Positions 56,401-64,000 of a stretch of DNA of 64,000 nucleotides are shown here, in pieces; the first letter of the stretch is position 1; the number at the start of each line of letters is the position of its first letter. Below the pieces are notes generated by a model. The model was given only the letters and a program-made list of their open reading frames with translations, was not told the origin of the DNA and did not search any database. Both the position numbers and the translations under genes were made by a program. The DNA is from Cyanophora paradoxa CCMP329 (taxonomy: Eukaryota > Plantae > Glaucophyta): positions 30,186 to 94,185 of the forward strand of contig QPMI01000120.1 in NCBI GenBank assembly GCA_004431415.1, given 5' to 3'.

Positions 56401-58468
56401 TATCCAGATGGCATCGCTGATGGGCCTCTGAACAGCCTGACGCTCAAAGTTTTTCCACTTCTCATCGGCCATCTTTCTCCTCAGTTCTTCGGCGTCTTTC
56501 TGACCCCTTCCCGTCAGCTGATCCATAACGTAGCTAAAGTCGCGCATGTTCTCTTCCATGGCGCGGAGCCTGTCCCCCGATGCATTTCCTTCTTTCAGTC
56601 TTTTGAGCTCCGAGCGGTAAAAATCCATCTGCGCCCCCTGAACGTCTCCAGTCGTCGCTTACGCTCCGCTACCTTCGGCTCCTCCAGCCGTGCAAATTCC
56701 TCGTCTGATGCAGTTTGCATTGCCTTCAGTCGTTCCTCTTCTGTCTTGCAGCTGCCTCCTCGTCCGCCCTGCGCCGCTGCTCTAACGCGTCGAAGAGGCC
56801 CTCTGATCTCGAGCGTGAGGCCAATGAGCTCTTCCACTGGTCGCTCCTACCCAGCCGCGCGAAGGGCAGCCTCTCGGCGGCCGGCCTTGGATCGGGCCTT
56901 GGCGTCGTCTGCGTCTCCATTGTGCCCCTTGGCACAGCCGTCCCTATCCTCTGCAGCTCGGCCGTCAGCGTTTTCACTTGCTGCTCTAGGTTGAATCGTA
57001 TGGTGATGCGAGCCCTCTGCCTTCTGCCTCTCCTGTTCTCGCAGTTCGAGCTGCCTTAAATCCTCCTTTGCTTTTCTGGCTTGCTCCTCCGCTGCCTTTC
57101 GCTCATCGTCCAGCATCTTTGTGCCCTCTTCGACCTCGTTTGCTATGTTGACCTTGTTTGCTATTTCCATGTCCAGTTTCTCCAGCTCGGTCCTTGCCTG
57201 CTCCTTTGCCTCCCTTATCGCGTTTTCCACGATCCTATCGGCCTCTCTCTTCCGGATCTCGGCTTTCTCCTCGGCCTCCAGGGATTTCTCAATTCTATCG
57301 CTCGCCTCTTTCAAATCGTCCGCTATCTTTTCTCGGCGCTGTCCTCATTTCGTTAAATTGCCGCTCCCTTGTCTTCAGCTCCTCTGCCAGTATTCTCACC
57401 TGCTCGTCTGAGAAACGATCGTTTGTTATCTTTCTGCAGCTCTGCAATGTCCCTTTCGTACGCCTTCCGATCCCTGTAGTACTTTGCACCGCCTGCAATC
57501 AGGGCCGCGCCGAAGATTCCCGTTGTTGTACCAAGGATCGGCACGAGCGTACCCCTCCGCCGCTCTCTCCGCCGAGCCGCCGCCACCCGAGCCGCTGCTA
57601 CCCCCGCCCCCTCCCACGGCGTCCACTGGAGCCCCCTCCGCCCCCGTGCCTGTACCCCCACCCCCGGTGCTGTACCCCACCCCCGTGCCTGTACCCCCAC
57701 CTCCGTGCTTCCGCCGCCCGTACCCCCACCCGGAATCGCGCCCGCACCTTGGGCCCGCCGATGATGTCGTCGTACAGGTGGCGGTGCCCCAGTCCGTGAT
57801 GTCGGCCTTCACATGCGGGTGCTTGACGAGGGCGTACCTCTCGTCGTGGAAGTGGTCCTTCAGCGCCCAGTTCTGCGTCTTCGCCCAGTCTGAGCGATCG
57901 GGAGCACGTCGGGTGCCGTTGGATGCGGCCCCCGCCCGTCGTCTCCGGCGTCTCGCCCGTCCTGTCGGCGCTCAGGGCGCGGATGTTCACCTTGAAGTGG
58001 TCGAACCACGCGAAAAACTCCTCCTGTCGCGCCTGTACTGCTCGGCTCCATGCTCGCAGCGCCTGGCGGCTCCAGTAGATGTGGCGCAGGGGCCCGCGAT
58101 GCGCTCGAGTGCGTTGTACCCGGCCTCACGTCCCCTCTGCGCCTTTAGAGTCAGTTTCACGAGTTCAGGGTGGCGTCTTTCGCTGTAACGGAGTTTGCGA
58201 TTTTCACGTCGGCCCCCTCTAATAATTTCCAGTCCACGCCCGTCTCGGTCGTGACGCCCCAGAGCCCTTGATAATTGCGGTGAGGTCACCGTAATCGTCC
58301 AAGTACCGACGGACGTCAGGAAATCGCTGTAGGTCGCGCCCTTGCGCAGCCTTATCTCGTCCGCGTAAATTCCCCTCACGCTCAGGCTCCCGTCTATCGC
58401 GAAGGCGCCGTTCAGCACCTCGTCCGGATTCGGGATGGCCATGCGCCAGGGTCGTCGAGCATCGACAT
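53486..58468 (-). CDS. Giant (~1,650 aa if continuous) structural protein: Gly linker, hydrophobic segments, long coiled coil, C-terminal phage tail-fibre-like repeats
   Basis: Chain of same-strand ORF pieces with no intergenic gaps. Includes EKR-rich coiled coil 55.8-57.5 kb, hydrophobic LVPILGTTTGIFGAALIAGG and GLGLSILAGAIAQVIVDII, and WDxxTGKPxTFPPSxHxH repeats at 53.8-54.1 kb. Could be more than one gene. Confidence 0.55.
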
Positions 58469-58489
58469 TTTATCCGCGAGAGAGAAAAA

Positions 58490-58957
58490 TTAACTAATGC
58501 TCCGCGTCCACGTCCACTTCAGCTTGCCGCTCACCTCGCCGTTGTCCAACGGCCACGGCACCTGCCAGAAAACGTCGCGTAGGGTAATCGGGCCTGATAG
58601 TGATCTGCTCGTCACGCAGCCAGCGGTAGGCCTCGGAGGCGTCGCGTATTTTCGCTCCCAGTATTCCCCGCCCGTGCCGTTCGGCAGCGAGTACCCCTCC
58701 CTTGCTACCCGTACCCTGTAAACGTGCTCGCCCGTTAGCGTGTCTACCCCCTGTACTCGAATTCTACGATTAAGCCAAGTCTGCCATGCGCTCTCGCCGA
58801 GACGGATGTGACTGAGGCTGTGCAGCAGCCCGTATTTAATTGGACCAGAGGCGTTACAAGATCGACTCTGTAAGTGAGGGCGAGGGTAGCCAGGCACGCC
58901 CGTAAAGGTGCGCGTCTTGACGCCCGAGCCCTTTCGCGGGAATATGATCAGGCGCAT
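58490..58957 (-). CDS. Hypothetical protein (155 aa)
   Basis: ORF starts immediately after the upstream stop (TAAATG). Confidence 0.55.
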   Translation of the reverse strand: MRLIIFPRKGSGVKTRTFTGVPGYPRPHLQSRSCNASGPIKYGLLHSLSHIRLGESAWQTWLNRRIRVQGVDTLTGEHVYRVRVAREGYSLPNGTGGEYWERKYATPPRPTAGCVTSRSLSGPITLRDVFWQVPWPLDNGEVSGKLKWTWTRSIS

Positions 58958-59630
58958 TTAGGGGGCCTGCGAAAATCTATTTCGCAAAGCCCAGAGGCCG
59001 AAGTTCTTGACGATGAAGCGTTGTTCTTCTTGTGGCGCCCGTGATGTCGGTGAAGCGCACGCGCAGCTCCTGGAACTTGTCGTACGCGACGTAGTTCGGG
59101 CGCACGCCATGGGCACCTCGAACCAGTAGAGGATGGTGTTCTCGAGGCCGTCGTGGCCCACGTCGGATCACGACCTTGTTGATGCACGTGTTGACGTTCG
59201 AGATGGTCGTGACGTTCAAGTCGGGCACGTCCATCAGCAGAACGTTGACGGTTTTCGCGGCGGGGGTCCGGAATCGCGGTCGTGTCCAGCTCCAGGTAGA
59301 CGCCCTTGATCTGCAGCGTGTCGATGTCGGCGGGATCTGGTTCAGCCTGAGGCGCCAGAAGCCTCGGAATCCTGCGTCTCTCCGTTCGACTGGACGTAGA
59401 GTTGACGCAGGACATTATTAGGAAGGGCCTGAGAAATTATGCCTTCCTCAGGCCGTTGAGGAGGTAGGGCCCACGAAGTAGTAGCCCGCGAACTGCCGGC
59501 GAGATCCGCACGAGGTAGTAGCGCGCGGGACATGTAGGCGACCGCGCGAGGTCAGCAGCTGCCCAGGTAGCGGGAATCGCTGGTGATATCATCGAGGCTC
59601 GGAGCATGGACGACATTGTTAAGGGCCCAT
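58958..59630 (-). CDS. Putative minor capsid (penton) protein B (frameshifted)
   Basis: IDTLQIKGVYL...NVLLMDVPDLNV...ILYWFEVP...DKFQELRVRFTDITG matches the recalled penton C-terminal LxxLxVxFxDxxG pattern. Confidence 0.55.
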
Positions 59631-59982
59631 TCAGAAATTTACTTGGGCATGAAGAATTCCTGACGCGCTCTCCCCTCGTGCAGCGCCCACGCAGCGGTCG
59701 ATGACGGCGCCATCACGGGCGGCGCTCGCGCGGGTTCTTCGCGTACGCCCGGGCGTCCTCTCCATCTGGGGGTGTACTGCTCGACGCGCTTGGCGTAGCT
59801 CGCGATGGCGCGGCGGTGCACCGATCCAGGTCAGCCGCCATTTCCGCCGGTGCCTTCGGCTGCTGCTGCTTCTTTCGCGCGTAAGTCCTAAGAGCCAAGG
59901 GTAGCCGCGGTGCTGCTGCTGGAGTTGCTGGCGCTGGAGCCTCTGCGCTGGGGCTGGTGTCGCGGGAGTCTCCATTTCCCAT
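59631..59982 (-). CDS. Small protein with N-terminal MGxxxS myristoylation-like motif (frameshifted)
   Basis: MGNGDS start preceded by the T-rich motif; its stop abuts the next ATG. Confidence 0.4.
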
Positions 59983-60274
59983 GTTCTCTAGAAAAAAACG
60001 GTACCGGTTTGCGTCATCTGAATGTCGACGTGTGCGGCCCTATGTTCTGCGTGCTCTCGCGCCTCTGCTGCTCCGGTGGGGTTCGGGCTCGGGCTGTCCG
60101 CGGCGGACGACCCTAAGGCCGCCGCCTTCAGGGCGCCAGCACTGTGTTGGGGCCGACGCGCTCCGTGCCGCCCAGCAGCTCCGAGACCAGGAAGAGCGCG
60201 CCGCAGACGACGTGATGATGTCCGAGTGGGTGCATTCCCCTGGAACATTTCGCGGCCCGTCAGATTTATTATCC

Positions 60275-62215
60275 CTACCCTTCCCTTCCGCCCTGCCTTT
60301 GCCGCGCCTCGGCCCTGGCCTCAGGTCGCCGATTTCCGCGGCCTGCGGCGCGAAGCGGGATCGTCCGCCTGGCCGGCGTCCGCCTGGAAAATCGTGAAGA
60401 GGTACCCGTCCTGTTGTTGTCGGTGTTGTTCGTGTTTCGCGCGTGCGACCACTCTTTCAGTAAATCGCGCCTCTGCTTGTCGGGCAGCGTCTTTGAGAGG
60501 TACTCCTGCACTTGCTCGCGTAATTTTCCTCTGGATCAGCGACGCAAGGACGGTGGCGGATCTTTCCCCATGCCTATCTTCTCTTCCGTCAGCATGCGCT
60601 CGAGCTCTGCGATTTCCACCATCGTATCGATGCTCGTTGAGGCCTGCCTCTGCCTCTTCTGGTCTACGAGGCGCTGCCCCGCCGCCGTGAATTTCGCGGA
60701 CAGAATTTGGTGCAGCCGCTCGTACACGTCGTGGTGCTCGGCTCCTTCTCCTTCAGCAGCACCACCAGTCGTAATCGCCACAGCACCTGCAAATTCGATA
60801 TGTGATCGATCGTCACCAGCACGTGGGCGTGCAGCGCGCCGTCCGTCGGCCCACCTCCACGCCCTTGCACGCGAATTCCGATGATTGCGTTGGCGTACGT
60901 GTCGTCCTTGTACTTGCCGTTCTCTTCCTTCATATTGAAGCGTATGAACTTGTAGAATTCTGCTCCGAGAGCACCTCTGCGAGGCTGTCGCGCAGCGCCG
61001 CCGCCTCGAATTCTCGCGCCTCTCCAGGCGCTTGTGGGTGTTGAAGAGCACCAGTAGCGCGACTGGCGCGCCTGTCGTATGTCGTACCGCGTGCTTCCGT
61101 CGGGATTCTTTTGTTGAGGATGAAGACCGACCGCCCCGTCTCGCGATTTCCGTGATCACTTCTCGAGCGCCTCCAGCCGTTGCCTGCGCCGCCTGCAGTC
61201 CCGTTTTCGCCTTCTCTATGTTCTGCTTTACCTCTTGCGCGTCCGCGAAGGTGCCATTAAATCTTCCATCTCGGCGCACGATTTTCGCCTTTCTGATTTC
61301 GACTGCGCAGAGTTGGGCTCGATGACGGACGATCCGAAGTCAGCGGCCGTATCCTTTGCCTTTCGTGGTCTTGCTTCGGCCGCCGAGCAGCTCTCGACAT
61401 GTGGTCGCGCGTCTGCTTGGAGACGTGGCCGTGTCGCCCTCTTTCGCCTCGCAGCCCAAGTCACGAGCAGGCCCTGTGCCGAGCAGCGTGACGCACTTCT
61501 GGCAGAAGCCACGAGTTCTGGGCGACACCGTGGGCACCTGCGCCGCTTCTTGTCCTTGATGAGGGGTACGGCTCCTGGCCTTTTTCTTTCCTTGCGTTTG
61601 CTTGGCCGCCCACCGGTTTGCCTTTCTATGACCGCGACGTACTTCGTACACGCATCCTTCCTCGCCTGCGCTGCCTCCCTCGGGCGATTTTCTCTGGCTG
61701 TGGCCCCTTGGCGCTCGCACGGGCGTGGCTTCGTACATGAGGCGAAGGCAGCGGTAGCAGATTGGCGGCGATTTCTGCGCGCTCTGTACGTGCGCGGTAT
61801 GGCGCGCAGTCGCTCCTCGGGGAGTTTATCGTACTCGATTCGCTGGGAGCTCCAGAGGTCGCGGCTCGTGGTATGATTATCGAGCAGCGATGGGACATCT
61901 GAACTTCTTTGGTGGCCGAGAGCTTGATGTAATCGGATATGCTCTTCTGCTGCTGGAATATGCCGTCTCGCCCTGAACCAGCACGTATCGCTTCGGAATC
62001 TCAACGACGGGCGTCTCGAGCTCGTCCACGCGGTATCGGGCGCGTTTCCCTTTGCCTTTCCCTTTCCTTCCCCTTGCCCTTGCCTTCGGCTTAGGCTCCG
62101 GCTCCTCTTCCTCTTCTCCTCTTCTCCTCCGACTCGGAGGACGGGACGTGGCTCCTCTTCTCTGACTCGCTCGAGCTCTCTGGCTTCTTCTTGCGGCCTC
62201 GGCGCTTCGGAGCAT
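60275..62215 (-). CDS. HUH (rolling-circle Rep-like) endonuclease A with long basic N-terminal extension (frameshifted)
   Basis: Motif I-like LLVLFNTHK (~61035-61060); motif II VEVGPTDGALHAHVLVTIDH (HAH 60823-60831); motif III EYLSK (60491-60502). Confidence 0.75.
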
Positions 62216-62235
62216 TTATTGACACGAGAAAAAAT

Positions 62236-63065
62236 TTACACGAGCTTTACAGCGCCCGTCTCGAGGGCCTCTACCGTCTTCGTAATGTACAGCTGCAGCA
62301 GATCCTTAAGGTTGCTCTGCGGCAGCAATTACGTCTACGTGCATCTGCCTGGCGGTTTCTCGCTTCCTGTAGCCCGTCTCCTTGCCCGTCCACTGCATGC
62401 CGAGGGCGTCCTTTCTCCGTATCGGCCGCACCGCCGTCTTCTGGTACTCCTCCCCGAACCAGTCGTCCTTGTAGAAATTCGGCAGGCCGCCCTGCCCTCC
62501 GTTGCATGAACTTGATGAGGAAATCCGACGCCTTCTTGCCGTCGAATTGCACGCGCGAGTAGTGCACCAGCGTGAGCAGGATGTGCGCGTGGAGCCGCCC
62601 GACCGCGCCCGTACTCGATGCCGATGTTCGCGTTGCCCTTCTCCACGTGCGTGTCGTACTGGTCGGACTTGAAATCGAAGCCCTTGGGTTCGCCTTGTCG
62701 GGGTACACCCCATCTTTATGCACCGCGCCAGCTGCCTGTCGTCGTAGAAGAGGGCTCCAGCCCCCTGTGAAACGCGTCCTGCACCTTGGAGCCCTCTCCC
62801 CTGCTCCGCGCTTGTAGTTGGTCTGGATGGTGATCATGAAATTCGACTCGCGCTGCGGCCGATCCTCCCCGTCAGTTTCCTCACGGGCGCCGCGTCCAGC
62901 AACTTCTGGAACCACGTCTTGTCGGCGCCAGCACCTTGTCGTTGATGTTGCCCACCACGATGTGCGTCTCTACCCGGGAGCGGCCGGAGGCGTCCATGCG
63001 GAGGTGAGGGTTCGGTGCCGGGCTTGCCTGTTTGCTGCCACGCCCCTCGCGATGAGGTTGAGCAT
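62236..63065 (-). CDS. HUH (rolling-circle Rep-like) endonuclease B (frameshifted)
   Basis: Motif I-like SNFMITIQTNYK (~62813-62850); motif II IEYG...GRLHAHILLTLVH (HAH 62583-62591); motif III LYITK (62278-62289). Confidence 0.8.
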
Positions 63066-63136
63066 GTCAGACCAAGGCCTAGAAATTTTCCGAGCTGGGG
63101 TGAGCTTCCACGTGGGGCCCGGGGTACGTCCGCACC

Positions 63137-63177
63137 TCACCTGAGCATCACCTGAGCCTCACATGAATCACCTGAGC
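63137..63177 (+). repeat. TCACCTGAGC x3 (+1 degenerate) between divergent Rep and VLTF3 genes
   Basis: Copies at 63137, 63148 and 63168; TCACATGAA at 63159. Confidence 0.7.
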
Positions 63178-63289
63178 AACGCCTTCTGCAACAAGTGCTT
63201 CCTCACTTGCAATGGGACCCACCTCCTCTGAGAAGCCAACCTGTTGGTTCTGCAGGGAATAGCTCAGCTGCAGTACGAGGACTCAGAGG

Positions 63290-64000
63290 AATGCAGACTC
63301 TAACGAAATCGATCTCCTCCCCGAAACTTCGAGCAGATCCAGCGCTACGGCGCCATCCTTCACGACGAGGGGGACCAGACTTCGACACTCCGCACCGTAC
63401 CCCGCCGCCGCCGCGCCATCGCCAACTCCTACCTCGGGCCGGAGAGCGCCCCGCAGCGCAACCGCCGCACCCAGGCCCCAAGGCGAAGCCGCTGTCCCCT
63501 GCGGAAATTGCAGCTCTACCGCCCTCGTTGGTGTTCACCTGGATGGGGATCTGGTTTGCCAAGGCTGCGGTCTGGTCCTGGATCTTTATTATCCGGACCA
63601 TCAACCCCTGGCTGTCAGCGAGCTCCACAGCAACTACCTGCGCAAGTACCACGTTTCCGAGCGACTTAAGCAAGCCTGGAGGATTCTCCGGTACCCGAGG
63701 ACGTGCTGGCAGCTATTGCGAGGCGCATGCGGGGAAGGAGTGGAGCAAAGACAATATCCGCCAAGTTCTCGGGCTCTGAAGCAGCAGAAGTACATCGAGC
63801 GCTGGGCGCAGATCAAGTGGCGCATCACGGGCGAGCGCCCGCCTCCGATGAGCGCGGAGGACATGGACGGGTGCAGGAGATGTTCGCCCTGGTGGAGGTC
63901 CCCTTCAGCATGTTCAAGTCGCAGGGCAGGAAGAACATGCTCAACTACAATTACGTTTTCAGGCAGATTTTCGTGCTGCTGGATTTGCCCCAGCACCTCC
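63290..64000 (+). CDS. VLTF3: Poxvirus-type late transcription factor VLTF3-like protein, 3' partial (frameshifted; start uncertain)
   Basis: DGDLVCQGCGLV...NYLRKYHVSERLKQ...SKDNIRQVL..LKQQKYIERWAQIKWRITGERPP...MFALVEVPF...RKNMLNYNYVFRQIFVLL. Confidence 0.85.

Larger units (their letters stand above)
45100..64000. mobile_element. Endogenous dsDNA virus, mriyavirus/Yaravirus-like (Nucleocytoviricota-related); left boundary approximate, continues past window end
   Basis: Abrupt change to lower-GC, gene-dense, mostly intronless DNA with abutting stop/start codons. Carries VLTF3, two HUH Rep-like genes, penton-like genes, S74 fibre and FN3 genes. Confidence 0.8.

Noticed and set aside
45100-64000. 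Maverick/Polinton or classic virophage
   Set aside because: No pPolB, rve integrase or adenain-like protease in view; VLTF3 plus HUH fits better elsewhere. The remainder lies outside the window, so this is not fully excluded.
45600-64000. Frameshifts as proof the virus is a dead relic
   Set aside because: The breaks examined are mostly single-base losses in homopolymers, also seen in the young LTR element, so assembly error is at least as likely.

Overview
GC-rich, intron-dense eukaryotic (protist) DNA. Introns are ~55-90 nt with GTGCGC/GTCCGC donors and CTGAC/CTCAC branch points; the style would fit a glaucophyte such as Cyanophora, but that is inference only. The window has three parts. 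(1) 1-25.5 kb host DNA: a Cys-rich-repeat multi-pass membrane gene, a dynactin p22/DCTN3-like gene and a small membrane gene within a ~1.5 kb segmental duplication, TPR- and LRR-like genes and GC satellites. Host DNA is peppered with a 6-bp insertion signature XYZ-revcomp(XYZ)-XYZ. (2) 25574-42504: a very young 16.9 kb Ty3/Gypsy LTR retrotransposon (minus strand, apparently identical 283-bp LTRs, CGGCG TSD). It has ~2,400 codons of unexplained sequence between Gag and protease, a primer-binding site with tRNA-Sec geometry, and three structured 3' repeats complementary to that PBS. (3) ~45.1 kb to the end: an endogenous dsDNA virus best matching the mriyavirus/Yaravirus-like group. It carries VLTF3, two tandem HUH Rep-like genes, several penton-like genes, fibre/adhesin genes and three arrays of exactly eight CTTGGGA units. 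Most long ORFs are broken by apparent single-base losses in homopolymers, probably long-read consensus errors. All protein assignments come from motif recognition by eye, not database searches.
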